64,000 nucleotides of DNA from Patescibacteria group bacterium (GTDB lineage Bacteria; Patescibacteriota; Patescibacteriia; Magasanikbacterales; GWA2-37-8): positions 9,371 to 73,370 of the forward strand of contig JAQWDH010000003.1 of NCBI GenBank assembly GCA_028705565.1, in the 5' to 3' direction. Every line of letters starts with the position of its first letter. Position 1 is the first letter of the stretch. The notes beneath the pieces are model-generated. The model made no database searches. It had not been told where the DNA came from and saw only the letters and a list, made by a program, of their open reading frames with translations. Positions 47,042 to 56,632 of this stretch are shown here, piece after piece. The translations under genes were made by a program, and so were the position numbers.

Positions 47042-48550
47042 TTAAATTCTCGGGAAAAGCATCTCGCCTTTTTTAACATCAACACCGCTTTTCAACCCAC
47101 CCCATTTAATTTCTTTCTTCAAATCAACAACATCTTCTGTCCTGATATTTAAACCATTAAGAATTCTTTCAGCGGTTCGCGGCATAATTGGTAAAAGCGA
47201 AATTCCAATATGGCGCAAACCTTCAGCCAGTTGATAAAGAAGCTCTGTAATATCCTCGCCTTTTTTCGCTTTTTCCCACGGTTTTTGTTCAGAAATCAAT
47301 TCATCGCATTTTGAAACCAACTCGTTTATCGCAATGATAATTTTATCAAACGCGAATTCTTCCAAAGCATCTTCGTATTCTTGCCAAAATTTCTTTACTT
47401 CAAAAAACGCTTCCGATTTTGGCGGAACTTTTCCATCGCTGTATTTTTCCAACATTGTTAAAATACGCGAAGTAAGATTTCCGACCCCGTTCGCCAAATG
47501 AGCCGTGTAAAATTTTTCAAAATTTTCAACTGTAAAATCACCGTCTTCATAAGCCGGCATCGCGCCCAAAAGATAATAACGCGTCGCGTCGGTTCCGTAT
47601 TTATTTACAATCTCAAACGGGTCAACCACATTTCCAAGCGACTTGCTCATTTTTTGGCCTCTTGATGTTATAAATCCGTGAATAAAAATTTGTTTTGACG
47701 GCTTTAAACCCGCTGACAAAAGCATCGCCTGCCACATTGCCGATTGCTGACGCAAGTTATCCTTGCCGGCCACCTGTAATCCGGGCCATAAAGAATTATA
47801 TTTTTTCATATCGTCAGGCCACCCGATGGTTGAAATATAATTTATAAGAGCGTCAAACCAAACATACATCACATGTTCAGAATCATTTGGAACTTCAATA
47901 CCCCACGGCATTTTGGATTTAAGACGAGAAATGCTGAAATCTTGCAGACATGATTCAACGAAATTTTTTATTTCGCGCAAACGATTTTTTGGTATGACGA
48001 ATTTTGGATTTTTTTCGTATATGTCCAACAATTTTTTTTGATATTTTGAAAATTTAAAAAAATAATTTTCTTCTTCAATTTGCTCCAATTCCATTTTAGG
48101 ATGTATCGGGCATCTGCCGTCCATTAGCTCGGAATCGGTTTTTTCCATTTCACAGCCGACGCAATATTTAACTTGATAATTTTTTTTATAAATATCGCCG
48201 TTTTTGTAACACAGCATCCAAAATTCTTGCGCGGCTTTGATATGGTGGGGGTCGGTTGTGCGAATAAAATTCGTGTAGCTTAAATCAAGCGCCCGTTTTA
48301 GCGCGTCAAACCTTGCCGCGTATTCGTCGCAATAAGCCAAGGGTTCTTTTTTTTGTTCCAAAGCTTTGCGGTATATTTTCATTCCATGTTCGTCCGTGCC
48401 AGTGTTAAAAACAACTTCCTCGCCTGACAAATGATGAAATCGCGCCAAAACATCAGCTTGTATTATTTCCAAAGCAAAACCGATGTGCGGTTCGGCATTC
48501 ACATACGGCAAAGTCGTGGTGATATAATATTTTTGTTTTTTTAATGGCAT
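47042..48550 (-). CDS. metG: Methionine--tRNA ligase
   Basis: 'YITTTLPYVNAEPHIG', 'GTDEHG', 'YVWFDAL', 'KMSKS'. Confidence 0.98.
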   Translation of the reverse strand: MPLKKQKYYITTTLPYVNAEPHIGFALEIIQADVLARFHHLSGEEVVFNTGTDEHGMKIYRKALEQKKEPLAYCDEYAARFDALKRALDLSYTNFIRTTDPHHIKAAQEFWMLCYKNGDIYKKNYQVKYCVGCEMEKTDSELMDGRCPIHPKMELEQIEEENYFFKFSKYQKKLLDIYEKNPKFVIPKNRLREIKNFVESCLQDFSISRLKSKMPWGIEVPNDSEHVMYVWFDALINYISTIGWPDDMKKYNSLWPGLQVAGKDNLRQQSAMWQAMLLSAGLKPSKQIFIHGFITSRGQKMSKSLGNVVDPFEIVNKYGTDATRYYLLGAMPAYEDGDFTVENFEKFYTAHLANGVGNLTSRILTMLEKYSDGKVPPKSEAFFEVKKFWQEYEDALEEFAFDKIIIAINELVSKCDELISEQKPWEKAKKGEDITELLYQLAEGLRHIGISLLPIMPRTAERILNGLNIRTEDVVDLKKEIKWGGLKSGVDVKKGEMLFPRI

Positions 48551-48564
48551 AAACAAAATCAAAA

Positions 48565-49323
48565 TTAAGATTGGATTACGACTACGAATTCCCCTCTTTC
48601 TTCTTTCATATCCTCTAAAACTTGCGCCGGCGTTCCTCTATAAACCGTTTCAAACATTTTTGTAAGTTCTCTGCATACGATTATCTGTTTTTTCGGTTCC
48701 AAAATATCATTTAGCTCTTGCAAACATTTTTTTATGCGATGACCCGATTCATAAAACACAGCAGTGTATTTTTGCTCTTTTAATTCTTTAAAAAATTTTT
48801 GCCGTTTGTTTTTATGAGGAGGAAAACCCATAAAAACGTATTTATCGGTTGGAAATCCGGAAATTGACAACGCGGCGACTGCGGCGCAGGGGCCTGGAAT
48901 CGGTATAATATTGTCATTCCCGCGAAAGCGGGAATCCATCGCGCGATTATAAAAAGAGATTCCTCCGTTACAATCAAAATGACAGTGTGGATTTCCGCTT
49001 TCGCGGGAATGACAATCACAGACGATGTCCCTAATCAATAAATTTCCAGGGTCGCTTATTCCCGGTGTTCCGGCATCAGTGACTAACGCCAAATTTTTAT
49101 CTTCGTCCAATAATTTTTTAATATTTTTAATCGTTTTTTCATCGCTATGCTGGTGATAGCTTATCAAAGGTTTTCCGATTTTGTAGTGTTCCAACAACTT
49201 TTTTGTCACGCGCGTGTCCTCACATAATATAAAATCAACGCTTTTCAATGTTTCAAGCGCGCGCAAAGTTATATCGCTCAAGTTTCCTATTGGCGTAGCC
49301 ACTATATATAGTTTTCCTGCCAT
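48565..49323 (-). CDS. rsmI: 16S rRNA (cytidine1402-2'-O)-methyltransferase with a repeat-derived insertion
   Basis: 'LYIVATPIGNL.DIT.RA', 'EDTR', 'DAGTPGISDPG', 'RELTK.FE'. Confidence 0.96.
   Translation of the reverse strand: MAGKLYIVATPIGNLSDITLRALETLKSVDFILCEDTRVTKKLLEHYKIGKPLISYHQHSDEKTIKNIKKLLDEDKNLALVTDAGTPGISDPGNLLIRDIVCDCHSRESGNPHCHFDCNGGISFYNRAMDSRFRGNDNIIPIPGPCAAVAALSISGFPTDKYVFMGFPPHKNKRQKFFKELKEQKYTAVFYESGHRIKKCLQELNDILEPKKQIIVCRELTKMFETVYRGTPAQVLEDMKEERGEFVVVIQS
48910..49016. repeat. REP-like inverted doublet (TGTCATTCCCGCG type) inside rsmI, with a nested half-element
   Basis: 29-bp arms 48910-48938 and 48988-49016, 28/29 complementary; inner GAGATTCC...AATGACA at 48956-48984. 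Confidence 0.9.
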
Positions 49324-49359
49324 ATAACCATATTATACTAAAAAAGCCAAAATAAATCA

Positions 49360-49386
49360 AAAATACCCCTTTTAAGGGGGTATTTT
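49360..49386 (-). terminator. Intrinsic terminator after ferredoxin
   Basis: AAAATACCCC...GGGGTATTTT. Confidence 0.75.
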
Positions 49387-49396
49387 AACTGTTTTT

Positions 49397-49576
49397 CTAC
49401 TCAATCGTTATCGCCTGCGCAGGACAGGTCTCAACGGCCGATTTTATAGTTTCCGCGTCGTCGCCTGTTTCATTCGCCACTCCGACTTTTCCGTCATCGT
49501 CAAATTTAAAAGTATTTTCAGCGACAGCTATGCACGCTCCGCAACCGATGCATTTTTCCTTATCTATTTTAATCAT
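49397..49576 (-). CDS. Single-cluster [4Fe-4S] ferredoxin, 59 aa (absent from the ORF track)
   Basis: Hand translation MIKIDKEKCIGCGACIAVAENTFKFDDDGKVGVANETGDDAETIKSAVETCPAQAITIE; CxxCxxC...CP. Confidence 0.93.
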   Translation of the reverse strand: MIKIDKEKCIGCGACIAVAENTFKFDDDGKVGVANETGDDAETIKSAVETCPAQAITIE

Positions 49577-49588
49577 AAAATTATGAAA

Positions 49589-50269
49589 TTAAGATTTAAA
49601 ATATTTTTCCAAATAAAATTTTAATAATTCTTCGGCAGCCGGCAACGAATCCTTGCCTAAAGCTCCGATTTTTAATTTTTTTTGCAAATCTTCAATGGTT
49701 TTCGCGCCTTCCAAAACCGCTTCTTCAATATCTTTATCCGTAATGTTTAAAACAGAATCAATCACTTTCGCGCCGGCGGTAAGCACCCGTTCGTGCTTAC
49801 CTGTTTTGCGGAAATAATCGTTTATCGCCGCTTGCAACGCCTTATCTCCCAAAACCGAACAGTGAATTTTTCTGTCCGGCAAACCGCCAAGCCGAGCGAT
49901 AATGTCTTGCGGTTTAATTTTTAACGCATCTTCAATTTTCATTCCGTCTTTTTCGGTTATCATTTCGCTTAAAACAGAAGTGGACGCGATGGCAGAACCG
50001 CAACCAAAAGTGCGCCAGCGGCACTCTTTGATTTTTTCGGTTTCCGGCTCTATTTTAAGCCATAAAACCATTTCGTCTCCGCAAGCCGGAGAACCGACTC
50101 TGCCCATTGCGTTAAATTCAAATTTTTCTTCCTCGCCGTAGCGCATAAAATTGCGAGGATTAAAAAAATGGTCTTTGACAACATCCGAATACAGCCAACC
50201 ACCCCCGCCAGCTTCGCGGATATTTACTTCTTCCGATAAGTTTTCTTTTTTTATCGCTTCGTCTGACAT
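49589..50269 (-). CDS. NifU/IscU Fe-S scaffold with a C-terminal BFD-like domain
   Basis: 'YSDVVKDHF.NPRN', 'PACGD', 'FGCGSAIASTS', 'KIHCSVL'; start ATG 50269. Confidence 0.92.
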   Translation of the reverse strand: MSDEAIKKENLSEEVNIREAGGGGWLYSDVVKDHFFNPRNFMRYGEEEKFEFNAMGRVGSPACGDEMVLWLKIEPETEKIKECRWRTFGCGSAIASTSVLSEMITEKDGMKIEDALKIKPQDIIARLGGLPDRKIHCSVLGDKALQAAINDYFRKTGKHERVLTAGAKVIDSVLNITDKDIEEAVLEGAKTIEDLQKKLKIGALGKDSLPAAEELLKFYLEKYFKS

Positions 50270-50286
50270 AAGACAATAATTCAAAT

Positions 50287-51519
50287 TTATTTGTATCTCG
50301 CGTGTTTTTGTTTTTCCATACGCACCGGCGACATTTCACGCAGCTGTTCAACAATTACGGGTAAATATTTCATTAAATAATCAACATCTTGTTTTGTATT
50401 TCGCCTGCCCAAGCTGAAACGCAAACTGCCATGCGCGTATTCATAAGGCATTCCAAGCGCGCGCAAAACATGCGACGGTTCCAGCGACTCGGAGGTGCAC
50501 GCAGAACCGGTTGAACACATAATGCCATATTCATCCAAATACAAAAGCAAAGATTCTCCCTCAATATCCATAAAAGTGATATTTAAATTGCTCGACAAAC
50601 GATCATCCCCTATTTCCGGCCCGTTTAATTTTATGTTTTGAATTTTTTCTTGAATTTTTTTCCAAAGATACAAAGAAAGCTTTCTCATTTTTTTATTCTC
50701 CTTTTCTTTTTCATTTTGCGCTATTTCCAACGCCTTGGCCAAACCGACTATCCCGGGAACATTTTCCGTGCCGGCGTTTAAATTTCTTTCCTGTCCACCG
50801 CCCAAAATCATCGGTTTTATTTTTATTCCCCTCCTGATGTAAAGCGCGCCAATGCCTTTTGGACCGTAAATTTTACTGCCGTTCAAAGTTAAAAAATCCA
50901 CGTGTAATTTTTCCACATCCAAACTAAGGTATCCGGCGGCTTGGCAAGCGTCCGTGTGAAAATACGGATATGGAGTATTGTGTTCTTTGCGGTATTTTAA
51001 AATCACTCGGCCGATATCCGCTATCGGCTCTATGACTCCGATTTCATTATTTGTATACATCACGCTTATCAATACCGTGTCCGGTCTTATGGATTTGTAA
51101 ATTTCTTCCGGACTTACAAAACCTTCCTCATTAACTTTTACTTTTGTTATTTTCCAGCCCTGTTTTTCCAAGTCTTCCAACGGATGCAAAATAGCATGAT
51201 GCTCAATCGGTATTGTAATAATATGCTTTCCGCGCTGTTCATGAGCGCGAGCCATTCCGTAAATCGCCAAGTTATCCGAGGCCGTGCCTCCGCCTACAAA
51301 AATTATATTTTCCGGCAATGCGTGGAGTATTTGCGCGATTTTACGGCGACTGTCATTGACAGCGGCATTTGCTTCGCGTCCGGCGCGATGCAAAGACGAT
51401 GGATTGCCGTATGTTTTAGAATAATACGGCAACATCGCTTTAACAACGCGTTCATCGGTGTAAGCCGTCGCCGCGTGGTCAAAATATATTTCACGAATTT
51501 TTTTTGGTTTTGGCAACAT
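50287..51519 (-). CDS. iscS: Cysteine desulfurase (IscS/NifS type)
   Basis: 'YFDHAAT', 'HTDACQ', 'KIYGPKG', 'STGSACTS', 'SLRFSLGR'. Confidence 0.95.
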   Translation of the reverse strand: MLPKPKKIREIYFDHAATAYTDERVVKAMLPYYSKTYGNPSSLHRAGREANAAVNDSRRKIAQILHALPENIIFVGGGTASDNLAIYGMARAHEQRGKHIITIPIEHHAILHPLEDLEKQGWKITKVKVNEEGFVSPEEIYKSIRPDTVLISVMYTNNEIGVIEPIADIGRVILKYRKEHNTPYPYFHTDACQAAGYLSLDVEKLHVDFLTLNGSKIYGPKGIGALYIRRGIKIKPMILGGGQERNLNAGTENVPGIVGLAKALEIAQNEKEKENKKMRKLSLYLWKKIQEKIQNIKLNGPEIGDDRLSSNLNITFMDIEGESLLLYLDEYGIMCSTGSACTSESLEPSHVLRALGMPYEYAHGSLRFSLGRRNTKQDVDYLMKYLPVIVEQLREMSPVRMEKQKHARYK

Positions 51520-51529
51520 AGCGCAAATA

Positions 51530-52117
51530 TTATAAAGGCAATGTAAGATTAATATTTTTTTTCATCGCGTCCGCGGCGGTTTGGCAATCAAAATTTACCG
51601 CGAAAGGAATTGTCTCTCCGGAAAAATTTTTATAAAACAACTGTTTGTTCGCTTTTCCAAAATCGTATATTTCTTTCGTTACTCTTACATCTTGCTCACA
51701 ATATTTTTTTATCTCGTCTATTTTTCCTTCTTTCCACCATCTTATCGCCTGCAAACCATCAGCGCTTTTGTTCACATTATCCAAAGTCGCTTCGGCCAAA
51801 TCCGATAATTTAATCCGAACACCTATGCTGTCCTTCACTTTTTTCATAATATCCAAATGTGGCAATAAAAGCAAATCACCCATATAATAATTGTTTAAAA
51901 TCGGCATATCAAAATGTTCGCTGTTGTATCCGATAATTCTGTCAGCTTTTTCCAAAATCGCCCAAAGTTTTCCGAATTCGCTTTCAACGAAACTTTGATA
52001 CGTGTCTGTTGAGTATTGATAAATGGAAACCACTGAAATTTTTAATTTTTTAAAATCATTTTCAACTTCAGTGAAACTATTTTGCGTTTCTATATCTATC
52101 ACTATTTCATTTGTCAT
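51530..52117 (-). CDS. RNase H-like (DEDD/YprB-like) exonuclease-domain protein
   Basis: 'VIDIET', 'IGYNSEHFD', 'KYCEQDV'; start ATG 52117. Confidence 0.85.
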   Translation of the reverse strand: MTNEIVIDIETQNSFTEVENDFKKLKISVVSIYQYSTDTYQSFVESEFGKLWAILEKADRIIGYNSEHFDMPILNNYYMGDLLLLPHLDIMKKVKDSIGVRIKLSDLAEATLDNVNKSADGLQAIRWWKEGKIDEIKKYCEQDVRVTKEIYDFGKANKQLFYKNFSGETIPFAVNFDCQTAADAMKKNINLTLPL

Positions 52118-53237
52118 ATTTAAAAATGAATTCTTCAAAATTATCGGCTTTAAAATTTGAAAAATCAAGCCGTTTTTCAATTTCCAAAATTTTATCAATG
52201 TTTGATTTTATCACAGGATGTCTTGCCACAAACAAACTGCAACAATCTTCATACGGACGATTTGAAATTTCTAAAGCGCCGATATCGGCGGCGATATTCA
52301 TAATTTCTCTTTTGTTCGTACCGATAAGCGGCGGAAATTTTAACATGTCGGTCGCGGAATAAATCGCATTCATATTTTCCAAAGTTTGCGAAGCTACCTG
52401 TCCCAGACTATCTCCGGTAATCAAAGCGCCACATCTTTCTTTTTTGGCTATTTTCTCCGCTATTTTAAAAAATAAACGGCGAACAGTTATCATTCTGCAA
52501 TCGGCCGGTATTTTTTTCACTGTTTCTTTTTGATATTCCGCGAAAGGAATTATTATCAATTTTACTTTCGGCTGATAACGCGCCAGCGCCAGCGCCAAAT
52601 CAAAAATTTTTTGCGACACTTCGTTTAAAACGGTTGTTTGGTTTTGAAAATGCGCCAAAACCACTTCAGCCCCCCTTTTCATCATTTGATACGCCGCCAC
52701 AGGGCTATCTATTCCTCCGGAAAGAAGGCATAGTACTTTTCCGGAAGACCCGGTCGGCAAACCTCCGGCTCCGGACACAACTTCAGTATAAACAAAAGAC
52801 TCATTTTTGCCAATATTTAGTCGTATATCAATATCGTAATTTTTTAAATCAACTTTCAACTTTTTTTTAATCCGTATATAGTCGCCTATCCGTTTCTCCA
52901 ATTCATACGAAGACAGCTCGTATCCTTTCCATGTCCTGTTCGCGGTGATGCGAAAAGTTTTAATATCCGCGGAAAAAACAAAATCGCCCGCGGCTTTTTT
53001 AAGTTCTTCAACTTCACTTTTAACTTTTGTCGCGCGCGCGAAATTGGAGATGCCAGGAATTTTTTTTAATCTTTCCGCGTCTTCTCCTTTAAATTTTTCA
53101 GCCAAAATTCCGCTTTCAACTCTTTGAAATTTAGAAAACGGAAAAAGTTTCTTCAAATTGTCAAGCAGGCATCTATAAAAAAACGGCTGGTTTCCTCCTT
53201 TCAAAAAAATTTCATCCGGGTGAATTATCAAATCCAT
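52107..53237 (-). CDS. thiI: tRNA 4-thiouridine synthase (no rhodanese domain)
   Basis: THUMP domain; 'LLSGGIDSPVA'; 'GQVASQT'; 'PYEDCC'. Confidence 0.96.
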   Translation of the reverse strand: MDLIIHPDEIFLKGGNQPFFYRCLLDNLKKLFPFSKFQRVESGILAEKFKGEDAERLKKIPGISNFARATKVKSEVEELKKAAGDFVFSADIKTFRITANRTWKGYELSSYELEKRIGDYIRIKKKLKVDLKNYDIDIRLNIGKNESFVYTEVVSGAGGLPTGSSGKVLCLLSGGIDSPVAAYQMMKRGAEVVLAHFQNQTTVLNEVSQKIFDLALALARYQPKVKLIIIPFAEYQKETVKKIPADCRMITVRRLFFKIAEKIAKKERCGALITGDSLGQVASQTLENMNAIYSATDMLKFPPLIGTNKREIMNIAADIGALEISNRPYEDCCSLFVARHPVIKSNIDKILEIEKRLDFSNFKADNFEEFIFKYDK

Positions 53238-53247
53238 ACTTTCAACG

Positions 53248-54072
53248 TTAAATTATGTAAATTGGCAAAATAATTTTTTTCATTTCATCAAAAAGTTCGC
53301 GCAAATTATCATTTCTTACGCCGCTGGATATTTTTTCCACCACTGCTTTGTCAGGATTGGAAAAAACAAAACTAAAATCGCCTTTTTTTATAAAATGAAT
53401 GTTATAAATCAAATAATTCGGCAGATAAAAATTCAAACTATTTTTATTTGAATCGCGGATTTTGTCAATAATCGCCAAAAGTTTTTCGGAATTTTTATTA
53501 TTTTCAAAGTTTATTTTAATGTCTTTTTTTCGCAAAATATCAGCGATGAAATTTTGTTCGCCGATGTCAATACAGCGCGTATTTTTTAAAAGATTTTCAA
53601 CGAGAAAAAACGGTTTTTGTTTTTCAACGCGTCCGCAAGCGGCGGCCGTCATCTTCGCGGATTTGCGAAAATGCGCTTCTTTTTCTTCAACCGGCGACAA
53701 TAAAAATTTTAAATAATGAAAATACGCCAATTTTAAAGAATTGCGAAAAATTATTTTTTCGTCAATCCCCGAAATATATTCTTTGCCACCCACGTCTTTT
53801 CCATAAATATAATTCCATCCGCGTTTAAAAAAAAATTTCGGCAAAAACGCGATATTTATGTTATTTCCGTAATTATTTTTAATTTCCAACGCTCCTTTTT
53901 TGTCAGATAAATAACTTAAAAAATCGCCTATGCCGGCGACAATATAAAAATCAATATCGCTTTTTTCATCCGCCTCGCCGTGCAAATAACTTCCTCCGAG
54001 CAAAACCAATCCTCTTGCGTATTTTTTTTGCAAAGCGCGGTGTATTTCGTTAACATTTTCTGAAGAAAACAT
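53248..54072 (-). CDS. Pol-beta-family nucleotidyltransferase-domain protein
   Basis: 'LGGSYLHGEADEKSDIDF' GS..DxD motif; start ATG 54072. Confidence 0.75.
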   Translation of the reverse strand: MFSSENVNEIHRALQKKYARGLVLLGGSYLHGEADEKSDIDFYIVAGIGDFLSYLSDKKGALEIKNNYGNNINIAFLPKFFFKRGWNYIYGKDVGGKEYISGIDEKIIFRNSLKLAYFHYLKFLLSPVEEKEAHFRKSAKMTAAACGRVEKQKPFFLVENLLKNTRCIDIGEQNFIADILRKKDIKINFENNKNSEKLLAIIDKIRDSNKNSLNFYLPNYLIYNIHFIKKGDFSFVFSNPDKAVVEKISSGVRNDNLRELFDEMKKIILPIYII

Positions 54073-54074
54073 AT

Positions 54075-54683
54075 TTAATCCACCCACTTCGCCCGTTTGT
54101 ATTTTACGACCCAAAAACCGCAAATAAAAATTCCTGTCGCAAAACCAATAATGGCGTTTAAAGCAAAACTCGGACGGGACGGAAATTGAGACGCAAGCGG
54201 CGCGCTTACGATTTTTATGGTTACATCGTTACCTATGTATTCCCAACCGCGAGTAACCAGCACCTGCGTTACCGCTCCGGCAAGAGCGGACGCATCTTCT
54301 TTTGTTGAACCATACGCGTTGATTTTCATCATGCTCGTGCCGTAAACCATTTCTCCGCGCGCGTCTTTTTGCCACTTTTTTCTTTGTTGCCGCTCATTCA
54401 ACGCCTGCCAGTCAGTTTTATTAAAATTCGCCAAGGGCGCCTCCATCACTTTGTTATAAAAATCTGATGTCTTTATAATTTGCGTTAAATTTTCTCCGAT
54501 TCTTTCCGATAATTTTATTTGCGTGTATGGGTCCGTGTTTAAACTGTCGCGAGAAATTATCAAAACTTCGCTTTGGGCGCTGTATTGCCATGGAAAAAAT
54601 AAACTTGCGGCGGCGAATATAAAAGCAAAAACCATTCCCCAGAAAAAAATAAGACGAACATTTTTTAATAAAGATTGTGTCAT
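54075..54683 (-). CDS. Wzz/CpsC(YveK)-like polysaccharide co-polymerase
   Basis: Two TMs flanking an external domain; 'P.QYSAQSEVLI'; Pro-rich 'PSRPSFALNAIIG' before TM2. Confidence 0.75.
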   Translation of the reverse strand: MTQSLLKNVRLIFFWGMVFAFIFAAASLFFPWQYSAQSEVLIISRDSLNTDPYTQIKLSERIGENLTQIIKTSDFYNKVMEAPLANFNKTDWQALNERQQRKKWQKDARGEMVYGTSMMKINAYGSTKEDASALAGAVTQVLVTRGWEYIGNDVTIKIVSAPLASQFPSRPSFALNAIIGFATGIFICGFWVVKYKRAKWVD

Positions 54684-54687
54684 ATAT

Positions 54688-55740
54688 TTATATTTCCATA
54701 TTTAAAATCTTTGTTTCAATGGTAATATTTTTTCCATTGCGGAGAACCGTGAGACGGACGCTCTCGCTGTCTAAAAAACTTCCGAACGTGGCGGCGGCAA
54801 CAGGCTGGCCGTTAATTTCCAAAATCAAATCGCCTTTTTTAAGCAAACTGCCGGACGACCAAATTTTGTTCACCGCGAACCCGCCCACTTTTTCATTTTT
54901 TACGACCAGCGGTTTATCTTCGCTGAACCAACCTTCCGCGCCCAAAGACGGATAAATGATTTTTTGTTTATTCAAAACAGAAGGCAAAATTTTCGTTAAA
55001 ACAACCGCCGGGATAACTGAGCCATTTTTATTCACCAGACCCAATAATCTTCCCTGACTGTTTATAACAGTTGAGCCGGCCGTAAAATCGCCTTCCAACG
55101 AATAAGAAAATGAGACAACTCCGTCCAAATGCGACGCGTCAAACAAATTATATTTCGGCTGTCCGACAACAGTATGCTGCCAACCGCCGTTTTCATTCAC
55201 AAACACGTCTTCATAATACGCTCCTGACCTTTCCGCGAAGCTGGTTATTTTAAATTGTTTATTGACGATTTTTAAATAAAGAATGTCGGAATAATTATCC
55301 AACAACGCTTTTTCAGGACGATTAACAGAGCCATCCGATAAAATCAAATAAAGATTTTTAAAATTTCTATCATAATCCGGCGCGTACATCACCAGCCATC
55401 CGTCTGAACTTACCATTATGGCATCGCCAATTTTTTTATTCAAATAATTATTGCCGTAAAAACCGATCGAACCGCGATATACTTCGGCGGAACGCTCAGA
55501 CATTTCTATTTTAATTCTGTCTTCCAATTGATAAATGGCGTTGTTGCGCATCGCGTAAGATTGCAGCCAATAATCTCCTTCGTTTGAATTCGGCCAAACC
55601 CAACCCAAAATTATTGATGCTCCGCTCATACCGGCAATCAACCCAAAAATGGCGACAACAAAAAAAAGCTTTAATCTTTGCCAAAGCTTATGGTCATTTA
55701 TATCGCAACAATGTAAAGGAAGGTGGGGGGGAATTTTCAT
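54688..55740 (-). CDS. HtrA-like trypsin-fold + PDZ protein, catalytically degenerate
   Basis: TM; 'AIMVSSDGWLV', 'VINSQGRLLGLV'; PDZ 'LKKGDLILEING..LTVLRNG'. Confidence 0.8.
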   Translation of the reverse strand: MKIPPHLPLHCCDINDHKLWQRLKLFFVVAIFGLIAGMSGASIILGWVWPNSNEGDYWLQSYAMRNNAIYQLEDRIKIEMSERSAEVYRGSIGFYGNNYLNKKIGDAIMVSSDGWLVMYAPDYDRNFKNLYLILSDGSVNRPEKALLDNYSDILYLKIVNKQFKITSFAERSGAYYEDVFVNENGGWQHTVVGQPKYNLFDASHLDGVVSFSYSLEGDFTAGSTVINSQGRLLGLVNKNGSVIPAVVLTKILPSVLNKQKIIYPSLGAEGWFSEDKPLVVKNEKVGGFAVNKIWSSGSLLKKGDLILEINGQPVAAATFGSFLDSESVRLTVLRNGKNITIETKILNMEI

Positions 55741-55744
55741 AATA

Positions 55745-56554
55745 TCATTTCCATCTTACAATAAAAATCAAAAAAAGTAAAAGAAGAAAGATGTTTATAA
55801 TGACAAAAACTCTTTGTTTTTGCCAATTTAACCCTTCTTTTGAGAGATAGAAACGAGCCAAAAGCCATAAAACATACCAAATCCAACCCATCGTTAATCC
55901 TCCGGCCAAATATCCTATTGGCAAAGCCGTCAATGCCCAAAATAATTCATAATTTATTAAAAACCAAGCGCCCAACCATAAAAAAAACTGTTTATTTTTT
56001 TCTATGCCATATTCGCGCCACCACCAACCGGCAACCAAAGAAGATACTGCCGCCACCGCGCCAAGCCAAAGAAACTTATAACTACTCTCTACAATTTGAA
56101 AAGTAAAAGTCGCCCAAATCCCGGCATACAAACCCGAAATTCCTATTGTGCTCATTATAAAACGCCACGAACGGTGAGATTTTGACATAAAAGCGAGTTT
56201 TACTTCTTGCGGAGGCAAAAGCCAAAAACTGAACGCCGGAAAAAAAACAAAAATCATCGCCGTGAGATACCAAGCCCAAGGCCATTCTATAAAAAGCAAC
56301 AGCGACATTACGCCAGCGTAAAAAATCAACAGCGAAAAAAAATGATGCCAACGATTTAATTGTGGCGGATAATATACCAATCGCGCCAAAGCCGCCAAAA
56401 GCGCCAAACGGAAAAAAATCCATAAAAAAAGCACCCACCAGACGCCAAGGTTTTTCAGCCACCATAACATAACAATACAAAAAATGGCTTCCAACGTTGC
56501 CGCGAATTTAGGATGAAATGAAACGGATCTAAACATATATAATAAGTTTATCAA
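55745..56554 (-). CDS. Hypothetical polytopic membrane protein
   Basis: About 9 hydrophobic, Trp-rich helices; first gene of the minus-strand run. Confidence 0.75.
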   Translation of the reverse strand: MINLLYMFRSVSFHPKFAATLEAIFCIVMLWWLKNLGVWWVLFLWIFFRLALLAALARLVYYPPQLNRWHHFFSLLIFYAGVMSLLLFIEWPWAWYLTAMIFVFFPAFSFWLLPPQEVKLAFMSKSHRSWRFIMSTIGISGLYAGIWATFTFQIVESSYKFLWLGAVAAVSSLVAGWWWREYGIEKNKQFFLWLGAWFLINYELFWALTALPIGYLAGGLTMGWIWYVLWLLARFYLSKEGLNWQKQRVFVIINIFLLLLFLIFIVRWK

Positions 56555-56632
56555 ATTTTTTAGATTTTGCCAATTTTGTCAATAACGCGTTTTTGTGCTA
56601 AACTAATTTTAAGTTTAATTTCGCGAATAATT

